A stretch of DNA of 64,000 bases, from the IMG/VR virus record IMGVR_UViG_3300033148_006102, positions 96,001-160,000 of that record; one strand, written 5' to 3'. Position numbers and translations under genes: made by a program. This DNA comes from a virus. The notes under the pieces are model-generated. The model was not told the origin of the DNA, did not search any database, and saw nothing but the letters and a program-made list of their open reading frames with translations. Shown here one piece after another: positions 47,739 to 56,813 of this stretch (the stretch's first letter is position 1; each line of letters opens with the position of its first letter).

Positions 47739-50570
47739 ATGGCAAATCCCGGAGCTATTCGTCGTCCATTTGTTGACGTGTATCAGATCTACCGGCAGTC
47801 GACACCGATCCTGCCACGTGTGGATCTGCCTGTTGTTGTGATCGGTTTGTGCCGGCAGGTTGTGTACGAAGAAAGCGCGGGTTCGCATGCGCTGGGTTCG
47901 ACAACTGTGCTAAATATTCCAGGCATCACAACCTACAGTGCGTCCATAGTTGACGTGGCCGCGATTGGTGGCGAGTACGTTGCACAGAATTCGGACGGTT
48001 CGCGCGATAGTGTGTCTTCGCCAGCGCTTCCACAACTGTTCTTTGTCGATCCTACATACGGCCGTTATACACTTCAGAGTACAGACTTTACCGTTAACGC
48101 GTCGGCTGGAACTGTTACGATCGCATCGGGATTGAATCCTGTTTACGATATTTTGACGGGCACACGTGGCGCGTACAGTGCAGAAGGCGTGTCTCCAGCC
48201 GTAGGCGCCCAACGCGTCTTTACGGACACCAATGTTCCGTCCACCTACGGCGATTTTGTTACAGCTGGTGTGGCGGCAGGTGACCAGATCGTCCTGGCTG
48301 ATGGCAATACTTTTGATGTGGTATCAGTCGTAAATGATTTCACACTGATTGTCACGGATGGCGCTGGTTCTACCTTAACACCGACCAGTACTGGCACGAA
48401 TCAATCTTACACGGTTCGTAAGACCATGACGTCAGGCTCAGGTACGATTCTGATGTCTTACGCCGCGAATCGTAGCGACTACGCGAACCAGTTGCTCGAG
48501 CTCACCAACCAGAACGAAGTCTTTGATGTGCTGGGACCATCTATTCCGCTGAATCCATTGGCGATGGCGGTAGATTTGGTGATGCGCAATTCACAAACGC
48601 GTGTATTCGCGTTGATGCTATCAAGTGACGATCTTACAGGTCACTTGGCTGCGTTGGATGTGTTAACGAATAGTCGTGATGTTTACGGTCTAGTTCCACT
48701 GACTGAGGATCAGACTATTTTGGCGGAATACTTGACGCATGTTCTCGCCATGTCGGACCCGATTAAGGCACGTGAACGCGTGTTATGGCGTACCGCATAC
48801 ATGGTTGTTCAGGCGACACGTGACGCCGCTGAATCTTTCCATTCAGTCGCTGTAACCGGCGTCGACAACGAGACTGTTACATTCTCCGTTACGCCGGGTA
48901 ATTCGAACATCCAGAATTTCGGCGTTGTTGTGGGCGATGTACTGACAGATAACGAAACTGGTGGTACTGGGCGTATTTTGGCTGTTACGCCAGCGGGCGC
49001 AGCAGTCGATGATGACTGCGTGCTTACAATAGCAGTACCAAACACCATTCCTGACAATGCTGTTGCCGCGACCGGCGCTTTCACATGCCAAGATGGCGAC
49101 AAATTTAACGATGGTGATTACCTTGAGCTGATCGATGGTGAAGGTACCACAAAGCGTTTTGAGTTCGACAAAACCGGACTTAACACGCCTGGTGCCGGTA
49201 ACATCGAAATCGATATTTCAACGGCGGCTACTTCAGCCGCGGCAAATGACGGCGATTTCACCTGCGACGTGAAAGCAAACTTTGCTAACAATGAATGGGT
49301 GCGCATAGAAGACGTACTGGGTAACCAATCAACGTATGAAGTCAAGAAGGACGGTACGTTTGTACAGAGCGTGTCCGGCAGCATTGTTGTCGATATTTCG
49401 GGTGTCGGCGTTGTGTCCGGTGCAGATGTCGCGGATGAATTCCGTACGGCTATTACCAACGACACCACGATAAATATCACGCCAAGTGGTGCGACAGCTG
49501 TTGTGGCGATGGCGCAGGATGGCGAAAGCACGGACGGCAATACAACGGTAACGCTCGGTGGCACACCAACCGGTCTATTAGGTAAGACCGATTTTTCGAA
49601 TGGTGCCGACGGTACTGCTGCAGAGATTGTTCCGATCGTGAATGCGGCCATCATCGCGACTGGCATCAAGATCACGACGGACATCACTGGTACGCCGATT
49701 AACGCGTTGACCCAGCAGATCTTGGGCGCGGCTGGTAACACAGCTTCACCGACGTACACACCATTTGCGTCTGGTACTGGTATCACAGCCATCACGACCT
49801 TCTCCGGTGGCACTGGCTCGAACTGGGTTGATTGGATTATCCAGAGTCAGGCGTTGACCACTGATCAACAGGCCATAGCAATTGCGCAGCACACAGATGA
49901 TATGGACTGCATGCGCGTGCGGAACCTGTGGCCGGATGACATGGATATGGTCTTCGGTGATACGTCTGCGGGTATTACAGCACAGTCAGGTGCCGGCTTC
50001 TGGGGCGGCGATGATGTTATCTGGCTGAACGCCGGTGGTTATTGGGGTTGCCTGATGGAGGCTGCGAAGCGTGCTCGGATTCGTCCGGGTCTGCCGCTTA
50101 CCGGTCAGCCAGGCGCAGGTATCTTCCGTCTCCGCGGCGTTGAAGATAGGTTTACGCGCGACCAGCTTGATCGCATTGTATCTACTGGTACGTACTTGCT
50201 TGAGCAGCCTACGGGCGAAGGTGGCGCAGTATCAGCTGTTATCGCGACTACGTCCGATGACAGTGATTTGAGTGTGGCCTACGAGATGGGTATCTCGCAG
50301 GTTGACTTGTATACCAAACTGTTGCGCCGTACGGTACGGCCGCTGTTTGGACGGCACGCGCTGGACTCCAACTTCTTGGCGGTTCTTGGAGCCAAGGCTG
50401 AGGCAGTTGGTAATCTAATGACGCGTCCGGAAGCACAGAACGCAGAATCAGTCAGCATTCGTTCACTGACACGTGATCCGAACAATCGTGATCAGATCAT
50501 CATGGATGTGAACTTTGTGCAGCTATCGGCGGCGAATGGCGGGGTCGTACGGATCTACGTCACAGCATAA
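47739..50570 (+). CDS. Contractile tail sheath protein with multiple inserted domains
   Basis: C-terminal sheath core (ALDVLTNSRDVYGLVPLT, RFTRDQLDRIVSTGTYLLEQ, RDPNNRDQIIMDVNFV); directly upstream of the tube gene. Confidence 0.85.
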   Translation: MANPGAIRRPFVDVYQIYRQSTPILPRVDLPVVVIGLCRQVVYEESAGSHALGSTTVLNIPGITTYSASIVDVAAIGGEYVAQNSDGSRDSVSSPALPQLFFVDPTYGRYTLQSTDFTVNASAGTVTIASGLNPVYDILTGTRGAYSAEGVSPAVGAQRVFTDTNVPSTYGDFVTAGVAAGDQIVLADGNTFDVVSVVNDFTLIVTDGAGSTLTPTSTGTNQSYTVRKTMTSGSGTILMSYAANRSDYANQLLELTNQNEVFDVLGPSIPLNPLAMAVDLVMRNSQTRVFALMLSSDDLTGHLAALDVLTNSRDVYGLVPLTEDQTILAEYLTHVLAMSDPIKARERVLWRTAYMVVQATRDAAESFHSVAVTGVDNETVTFSVTPGNSNIQNFGVVVGDVLTDNETGGTGRILAVTPAGAAVDDDCVLTIAVPNTIPDNAVAATGAFTCQDGDKFNDGDYLELIDGEGTTKRFEFDKTGLNTPGAGNIEIDISTAATSAAANDGDFTCDVKANFANNEWVRIEDVLGNQSTYEVKKDGTFVQSVSGSIVVDISGVGVVSGADVADEFRTAITNDTTINITPSGATAVVAMAQDGESTDGNTTVTLGGTPTGLLGKTDFSNGADGTAAEIVPIVNAAIIATGIKITTDITGTPINALTQQILGAAGNTASPTYTPFASGTGITAITTFSGGTGSNWVDWIIQSQALTTDQQAIAIAQHTDDMDCMRVRNLWPDDMDMVFGDTSAGITAQSGAGFWGGDDVIWLNAGGYWGCLMEAAKRARIRPGLPLTGQPGAGIFRLRGVEDRFTRDQLDRIVSTGTYLLEQPTGEGGAVSAVIATTSDDSDLSVAYEMGISQVDLYTKLLRRTVRPLFGRHALDSNFLAVLGAKAEAVGNLMTRPEAQNAESVSIRSLTRDPNNRDQIIMDVNFVQLSAANGGVVRIYVTA

Positions 50571-50582
50571 CGAGGATTCACA

Positions 50583-51362
50583 ATGGCATGCATTGAAACT
50601 TGGAACTGGGCTAGTCAGCACGTACAGACCGAGATCAAGAACGGACGTTATGTGTCCGCAGAATCTGCTTTGGTTCTCGCAGGACCGCCGCGCATTGACA
50701 TGCTCGAAGGTATTGACCCAGGTGTAGAAACACTTGGTGCGTCGTCAGTAGCGTTGGGCCAGGAACGTGAGAATAATGCTGAGTTATTCGGCATAGGACT
50801 GATGTCCGACTTCAACGTCACACAGAATCACCCGCTACGCCGACTCTTCGAGATTGGTTCGAAGCGTTCGTACTTCATTGTTGGCCGTACATTCACACGG
50901 TTCCAGATGGGCCGCGTGAAGTTCTATGGTCCGTCGTTACTACGTGTGCTGTACGCTTACTACCCGCTTGATCGTATCCTGCATGATGCTGCTGCCAGTG
51001 CATTGTATCTGTACTCCCCGCGTGCTGATTGGGGCGAGGACAATCCTGCGCAAATCAAAGCATACGACGCACCAGGTTATGGTGACGATCGTAGCAAGGA
51101 TGCGACCGGCAAGTCGAATCGTGATTTCTGGATCAATTTCCAGTCGCAGATCTTCAGTCAGCCGCTGGGAATTTGCGTCCTGCTCAGAACTGCCGATGAT
51201 TACAACTACGGCGCGTTCTACATGCAGAACACATATCTCGAAAATCATACTTTCAATATCAACTCTGATCAGGTTATGATGGCCGAAGCAGTTACAGGCG
51301 AGTCAGACAACATACGCCCGATTCAGTTGTTGAGTCAGGAAGAGACGCTCGCCGCGGCCTAG
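50583..51362 (+). CDS. Tail tube protein
   Basis: Follows the sheath; IGLMSDFNVTQNHPLRRLFEIGSKRSYFIVG...GAFYMQNTYLENHTFNI pattern. Confidence 0.7.
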   Translation: MACIETWNWASQHVQTEIKNGRYVSAESALVLAGPPRIDMLEGIDPGVETLGASSVALGQERENNAELFGIGLMSDFNVTQNHPLRRLFEIGSKRSYFIVGRTFTRFQMGRVKFYGPSLLRVLYAYYPLDRILHDAAASALYLYSPRADWGEDNPAQIKAYDAPGYGDDRSKDATGKSNRDFWINFQSQIFSQPLGICVLLRTADDYNYGAFYMQNTYLENHTFNINSDQVMMAEAVTGESDNIRPIQLLSQEETLAAA

Positions 51363-51377
51363 TAGCCTGAGGCAAAT

Positions 51378-51923
51378 ATGAGTGATAAGCCGCCGATCGA
51401 TGTCTTCGGCGAAGAGGACATTGATCCAAACGACAGCTCGATAAAAGAGTTGTTCCCCACCTTTGAGGTGCCGGTAGACAGCGCTTTCGCCATAAACCAG
51501 GCGGAAGGCCAGCTGGATACCTATGGTAAAATTTCTAAGAAATATCTTCGGCTAGCCGTCGTCCAGGTCGACATGGGGGCAACAAATCCCCATGGCGTAC
51601 CTGGTGGTGAAATGGGCTGCGCTACGATCCATTACGTACCTTATATGGTGATGGAGAAACAGGCTGCTTCGACGATGGGGCCGATGCCTAGTCATGAATA
51701 TGTTCCACTGGGTGGCAAACAAACAATGACGCTGCCGTATTTTGCGTTCGACGAACACGCCGCCGGTAAGTGGGAGAATGTATCCCTCAAACAGATAGAC
51801 AGCTGGTTTACGGAGTTGATAGCCAGTGCAGAGGTATTGCCACGCGTTCCGCTGCCGAAGCAGTTGTTGGCAATGGGTGACATGTTGCCGAAGATCCTGA
51901 AGGATCGTATGCCGGAGAGCTGA
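51378..51923 (+). CDS. Hypothetical protein after tail tube
   Basis: 181 aa, SD-like GAGG. Confidence 0.55.
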   Translation: MSDKPPIDVFGEEDIDPNDSSIKELFPTFEVPVDSAFAINQAEGQLDTYGKISKKYLRLAVVQVDMGATNPHGVPGGEMGCATIHYVPYMVMEKQAASTMGPMPSHEYVPLGGKQTMTLPYFAFDEHAAGKWENVSLKQIDSWFTELIASAEVLPRVPLPKQLLAMGDMLPKILKDRMPES

Positions 51924-51924
51924 T

Positions 51925-52125
51925 ATGGAAAAGTACGGCGTTGTAGACAAGTGTCCAGTGTGCCATAAACCGATCAATGTTGAACGGGTTAAAGTGGCGA
52001 ACAAATTCGAGCATTACGAAGAAACCCAGAGGAGTTGTACACGATGTGGATACCGGGATGTGGTGGACCATCAGAAAATGGCCCCGTTGCGAGAAACCGA
52101 CGATACCGGCATAGGCGGGGTCTAG
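51925..52125 (+). CDS. Small Zn-finger protein
   Basis: CPVCH...CTRCG in 66 aa. Confidence 0.55.
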   Translation: MEKYGVVDKCPVCHKPINVERVKVANKFEHYEETQRSCTRCGYRDVVDHQKMAPLRETDDTGIGGV

Positions 52126-52619
52126 GTAACGTAACGTGTACTATGACGCCGAAAGTAGCCGCTCGGTTGTACGACGCGGCTAGCATGTACAAAGATGTAT
52201 CTCAAGCGCGTATCGTGCGCTGGCTGCTGTACGACTACATCAGAGATCCATTTCCTTTAAAGGTTGATCGATCCATTGAGCGTAGAGAGCTCACCTTTTT
52301 ACTAGAAGCCGAACCATATCATAAGCTGCGCCAGATGAAGGCGGAGCACGGGAGCCTGCGGCATGTATATGGAGCTATCGTAGAAGCAGCGTACGATTGG
52401 CTATACGATGTCGCTTGGATGGAACATGAAGATTATGTGACGCTGTGTAGGTTGAAGACTTATGACGATCCAGGATCTTTCACCGAGGGAACAGCAGATT
52501 TTCGCCGAAACACTGAAAGGGGCACGCTTCAAGTTCCCGGAAAGCGGCGAATTCAACTCGCATATTGGCCGTTTTCATTACGTCACCAACAAGGCCGAAC
52601 AGCTACAGTTGTTTGGTAA
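52044..52619 (+). CDS. Putative tandem ribbon-helix-helix DNA-binding protein
   Basis: SD GAGGAG 9 nt before ATG 52044; two strand-helix-helix units (NVTCTMTPKVAARLYDAA...SQARIVRWLL; ELTFLLEAEPYHKLRQM...GAIVEAAYDWL); overlaps both neighbours. Confidence 0.45.
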   Translation: MWIPGCGGPSENGPVARNRRYRHRRGLGNVTCTMTPKVAARLYDAASMYKDVSQARIVRWLLYDYIRDPFPLKVDRSIERRELTFLLEAEPYHKLRQMKAEHGSLRHVYGAIVEAAYDWLYDVAWMEHEDYVTLCRLKTYDDPGSFTEGTADFRRNTERGTLQVPGKRRIQLAYWPFSLRHQQGRTATVVW

Positions 52620-52908
52620 TAGCAACGCTTCGGATAAAACGGAGAAGTCAGAAACCTGGCGAATTCGTATCAGCGTGAATTATACGAAGCCAGCTTATTT
52701 CGAAGCCTTCCAACGTTGGGTCGTCGAATTTGTGCAAAAGCATTTTGACAAGATGCAGATCATTGGTAGGATCGTACACGAGACCGGAGAAGATCTCGGG
52801 ATCAAACCGCAGGCGGATTTGCTTCTGGAGATGATTCCACCTCGTCAGGTCGATCTGGTCCGGGAAACATTGTTGCAAGGTATAATGGAGCATTTTGGAA
52901 AAGAATGA
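52462..52908 (+). CDS. Hypothetical protein
   Basis: 148 aa, coupled (ATGA) to the sigma gene. Confidence 0.55.
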   Translation: MTIQDLSPREQQIFAETLKGARFKFPESGEFNSHIGRFHYVTNKAEQLQLFGNSNASDKTEKSETWRIRISVNYTKPAYFEAFQRWVVEFVQKHFDKMQIIGRIVHETGEDLGIKPQADLLLEMIPPRQVDLVRETLLQGIMEHFGKE

Positions 52909-53681
52909 TTCAACCGGCTAGGCTGGAGCCTGACTCCCCACTAGCCCAATTCTTCAGGGATACGTCTGGCAGTGTAGTCCTGAATAAGACCGACGAGCGA
53001 CATCTACTCTACTTAGCTCAAATCGGAGAATCCAAAGCTGCGCAAAAGCTGGCGTTTGCGAATTTGCGTCTGGTCATTACGATCGTTTCCGCGTTCTTCA
53101 AGAAGTATCAGCCTCATCGTTCCAAGCCCGAATCACTGTTCCTTGACTGCGTAATGGCAGGTGTTGAGGGCGTTTACAAGGCCGCGGGTAAATTTGACAT
53201 TACCAAGGGTACAAAGTTTTCTACCTACGTGGTATGGTGGATAAAACATTATGTGCGCAGTGAACTGGTGTTTGACCGCAATGCCACGCAGCCAATCCGG
53301 GTTTTGACAGACATGTCAAAAATCCAGACAGCTATCGTGGACCACGATTCAGTACCAGATTTGGCGGATACCTACGTTGCGCGGGATTTGCCGGCGGAAG
53401 ATGTCGATTACGACACACCGAAGATAACTTGGGAAATGGTGGAATTACTCGAGACCTGTGAAGAGTTGAGCAGTAAGCACCGCAAGATCTTGACAGAACA
53501 TTACGGCCTCTACAATGTGAATCCCAAGACCTACAAGGCATTAGCACAGGAAATGGGCCTCACTACCGAGCGCGTTCGTCAGCTCGAAAATGAGGCCCTT
53601 CGTATCCTGTACTTAAAGATGTCAAAGCCTGCGTTCAACCGGCTAGAGGACACGTTCGAAGAGCATGGGTGTCTGGTCTAG
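52905..53681 (+). CDS. Sigma70-family RNA polymerase sigma factor
   Basis: Region 2 ANLRLVITIV...GVEGVYKAAGKFDITKGTKFSTYVVWWIK; region 4 KTYKALAQEMGLTTERVRQLENEAL; region 3 appears shortened. Confidence 0.9.
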   Translation: MIQPARLEPDSPLAQFFRDTSGSVVLNKTDERHLLYLAQIGESKAAQKLAFANLRLVITIVSAFFKKYQPHRSKPESLFLDCVMAGVEGVYKAAGKFDITKGTKFSTYVVWWIKHYVRSELVFDRNATQPIRVLTDMSKIQTAIVDHDSVPDLADTYVARDLPAEDVDYDTPKITWEMVELLETCEELSSKHRKILTEHYGLYNVNPKTYKALAQEMGLTTERVRQLENEALRILYLKMSKPAFNRLEDTFEEHGCLV

Positions 53682-55408
53682 TCGTCATCAAAGAACGTGC
53701 TCAAGGCCATGTTATGCGCGTAAGCGCCTTTACCTTCGACCTCTTTCAGCTTTTCAGTCAGTTCCGAACGAAGCGCTGTATCGCCGTCGTCGATCACTTC
53801 CTTTAGCTGAGACATCATATCATCGCTGTCCGCGTGTAACCTGTTGAGCTCGTCTTGGAGGATCTCAGGTAACTGTTCGACGCCTGCGTCACCGATCAAT
53901 TCCTTACGGACAGTGGCCGGCAACTTCAACTCGTCATCCAGTTTGCGGATCTGATCAGCCATTTTCTTGAAAGTACGGCTTTGTTTGTCGTCTGGGACAT
54001 CTTCGCCGCCTATGGCTTCACTCGGCTTTACTCGACCGTCATCACTTTTCTTGGCCTTGGCCTTGGATTTGGTCTTGGTCTTTTTGGCAACAGGCTTCTT
54101 CGGTTCGTCGTTCTGGGATTCTTCTATAGTCCCAGCTTTCGGATCCTTCGGATGTGTGATCAGGTTCTTACGATCGCCGAAGTACGCCTCCCACAGTGGA
54201 GAGAAGTCAACAGCTAATTCGTCCAGATCTTTTTGTGCACACTTTGCGAACTTGGCCGCGACCTTCTTATCCTGTGCGCAGATCATGCCTCCGCCCTTGA
54301 TCTTGAAGACCTTGACGCCCAAGGCTTGCTTCTCAGCTTCCTGTGCGTTCAGATCGTCAATTACGAGGACCTTGACCTGATGCCCCTTCTCAAACGCGTC
54401 GATGCCAAGCTTGAGGCTCGTGATCTTGGCGTCGCCTGGCGTACCGACACTGTAGGCGCTACCGTAGCGATAAAGCAGGTTTTCAAGACACGACTGTTTG
54501 TCATGCCACTGCTGTAGTACGACGCCGGTCTTCACGATAGAGTTAAAGAGATCGGCTGCAGTCTTGTTCAGCTTGAACTTGAAATCGACTTCGAGCTCGT
54601 CTTCGTCGGTACCCTTCTTGCTGTCCTTTTCCGCCTTGCCTTTTTGCTCATTACGCAATTCGTCGATTATTTGATCATAGGCGAGTGGTTTGGTGTTCTC
54701 CGGATTCAGATGCGGTAGCAGCTTATCAGTGAACTCGGTACCATTCATGATGCCGTCTTGCTGTGTCTGTGTCTTCAAAAGGCGCACAGCGGAGAGAAGA
54801 CGATTGACAGCAGCGCCGGACAATAACGACAAGTCAACTTTGGATTCGATGAGCGTGCTTACACATCCCACGTAAAGCTTGAATACGCGGATTTTGTAAT
54901 TGAGCTCATTGATGACCATGTTTTCAGTCCATGGCTCTTCCTGGCCGGCGGAATAGTGCGCAATATGGTCCGGCATGGTGCGGGAGAGCTGAAAGGCACG
55001 AATCATGGTTTCCAAGCTGACGCTGTCGCGTTGCTTGAGCAAGGTTTCACTGCGCTGACGTAACCGAGCGGGAGTCAGATTCAGTCGGGTACCCTGGAAA
55101 GGCTCTTTATCACCAAAGAGTTTGAGCAGGTCGATTTCGTGCTCAGGTATGACGGTTGCCGCAGCCTTAATAGCTTTGGAACCTGCTTTGCTTTTGTACT
55201 GTTTCTTGCCCGTTTTGATGTCGATGATGTTACTGGGCTGACCATTGTCGGAAGCTTTGGTGCGCTTGACAACTTTCTTGCTTGTTTTCTTACTGGCCTT
55301 TTTACCAGTTTTCTTCGACGTCTTCTTTGCTGTTTTCTTAGCTGTTTTCTTCGACGTCTTCCTCTTCGACGTTTTCTTCGACGTCTTCTTCACGGTACGT
55401 GCCATCAA
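53678..55408 (-). CDS. Hypothetical DNA-binding protein with histone-H1-like N-terminus
   Basis: About ten KKT(S/A)-type repeats at the N-terminus; further Lys-rich tract KKPVAKKTKTKSKAKAKK. Confidence 0.6.
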   Translation of the reverse strand: MMARTVKKTSKKTSKRKTSKKTAKKTAKKTSKKTGKKASKKTSKKVVKRTKASDNGQPSNIIDIKTGKKQYKSKAGSKAIKAAATVIPEHEIDLLKLFGDKEPFQGTRLNLTPARLRQRSETLLKQRDSVSLETMIRAFQLSRTMPDHIAHYSAGQEEPWTENMVINELNYKIRVFKLYVGCVSTLIESKVDLSLLSGAAVNRLLSAVRLLKTQTQQDGIMNGTEFTDKLLPHLNPENTKPLAYDQIIDELRNEQKGKAEKDSKKGTDEDELEVDFKFKLNKTAADLFNSIVKTGVVLQQWHDKQSCLENLLYRYGSAYSVGTPGDAKITSLKLGIDAFEKGHQVKVLVIDDLNAQEAEKQALGVKVFKIKGGGMICAQDKKVAAKFAKCAQKDLDELAVDFSPLWEAYFGDRKNLITHPKDPKAGTIEESQNDEPKKPVAKKTKTKSKAKAKKSDDGRVKPSEAIGGEDVPDDKQSRTFKKMADQIRKLDDELKLPATVRKELIGDAGVEQLPEILQDELNRLHADSDDMMSQLKEVIDDGDTALRSELTEKLKEVEGKGAYAHNMALSTFFDDD

Positions 55409-56314
55409 TTACTCCTTTTCCACACGTTTGACGCGAGACTTGTTGATGGAAAAACATTGGTCGACATGGATGCACGTTTTCGCGAGCATCGATGTTTGAC
55501 TAGTACAAGCCTTCGATAACGGCTTGATCGAATTATTCTTGGCCGCAGTTTCCACAGCTGCCAAGCTTTGATATACCCAAGTCCATACATTGGGATCATA
55601 CGGAACTAGGAATCCGCCGCCAGCGATTTTTGCTTGTTCTGGGTCGGCATAACACACGATAGCCTGCTTAATTCCGAGCAAGTGCATGTAGATGTTTACT
55701 TGAATGTAGTGAGGTCGAGCGACGTTGCGGATGCTTTCGAAGTTGAAGTTTCCCTTGCTCTTAACTTCAATTACGTACCACTCACCTTGATAGAAGAATA
55801 CACCGTCGACAGAGCCGACAAGGATACCAGTGATATCTGGGAACGAGTAGTGAACCTTGAGTTCGATATACTCGTAATGCTTGTTACCGCATACGCATTT
55901 GCCTGGAAAGGCGCTGAAGCGGTAAATACGGTTGCAGTGTTTGCAGCGCCAATCTCCGAAAAAAGCTCCAGAATAGCCCAGCCATTTTTGGATCATGGCA
56001 TGGACCGTGTGACCACGATCGAAGAGACGCTGCGCTGCAGCCGGTACAGGCACAGGCATTTTACGTATGCCCTTTTTGATAGCCTGCAGGTCGTAGAAGC
56101 GACGCATAGGACACCAGTACGCCATTTCTGTGACGTGCAGCTCACTGTGATCCCCGCGGTCAGAGCCTACCTCTCGGTTACGTGTTTGGATGCATTTGTT
56201 AAGGACTTTATTCATGTCAAACGGCAAGGTGCGTCGTTTGACATCAGGGAGTCCACGATCCAGTGACACGTTTTTGAGGGCGCCTACCGCGTCGGCTACT
56301 GTCAGTATGCTCAT
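55409..56314 (-). CDS. PD-(D/E)XK (Cas4/YqaJ-like) exonuclease
   Basis: LHVTEMAYWCPMR, GHTVH, GSVDG...VIEVKS, HYIQVNIYM, C-terminal CxxxxxxxxxxC...C. Confidence 0.8.
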   Translation of the reverse strand: MSILTVADAVGALKNVSLDRGLPDVKRRTLPFDMNKVLNKCIQTRNREVGSDRGDHSELHVTEMAYWCPMRRFYDLQAIKKGIRKMPVPVPAAAQRLFDRGHTVHAMIQKWLGYSGAFFGDWRCKHCNRIYRFSAFPGKCVCGNKHYEYIELKVHYSFPDITGILVGSVDGVFFYQGEWYVIEVKSKGNFNFESIRNVARPHYIQVNIYMHLLGIKQAIVCYADPEQAKIAGGGFLVPYDPNVWTWVYQSLAAVETAAKNNSIKPLSKACTSQTSMLAKTCIHVDQCFSINKSRVKRVEKE

Positions 56315-56315
56315 G

Positions 56316-56813
56316 TTAAATCCATCCAGCAGCTTCCATGAGGCGAAGTAGTGTGCGTTCCGGCAGAACGAAGAACGTGTTGTCCTTCAGCACGGTAGCC
56401 GGAATGTTGTACTTCAACGCAAAGATCATGTCTGCTGACTGGTGCGTTTGGAAGGCCTGGTTTTGGGCCTTGTGTAACTTTTGAATGCTCAGCGAGAAAC
56501 TGAGCGTCTTGTTTTCAATAAGTTTGGTTTCAACCAATATGTTATCTAGTAACTTTCCGTCGCCCTTCGCCACGCCGGCGCCGCTTCCAGGTATGGATGC
56601 AGCATGTAGAAGATCGTTGATTTGATCTTCTGTTTTACGGCTACGTTTCAATCGACGTTTACGCTCTGCTTTGGTGGTTTTGGCTGCTGTTTCTTGCGCA
56701 GCACGGCGTCGGCGGTTAAACCGCTCAGCCGAGCCTGGCTTGATGCTATCCAAGACCTGATCAAAGAGGCTTTCGTCGTTCGAGCTCGGCGGATTTGAGG
56801 ACGACGACACCAT
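56316..56813 (-). CDS. Holliday-junction-resolvase-like PD-(D/E)XK nuclease
   Basis: PGSGAGVAKGDG...LVETK motif. Confidence 0.6.
   Translation of the reverse strand: MVSSSSNPPSSNDESLFDQVLDSIKPGSAERFNRRRRAAQETAAKTTKAERKRRLKRSRKTEDQINDLLHAASIPGSGAGVAKGDGKLLDNILVETKLIENKTLSFSLSIQKLHKAQNQAFQTHQSADMIFALKYNIPATVLKDNTFFVLPERTLLRLMEAAGWI

Noticed and set aside
51378-52125. Tail-assembly-chaperone programmed frameshift after the tube gene
   Set aside because: No correctly phased slippery heptamer was found by eye, and no tape-measure gene follows.
55409-56314. Cas4-like nuclease as a sign of a CRISPR system
   Set aside because: No repeat-spacer array or other cas gene in the window; it sits in an ordinary phage recombination operon.
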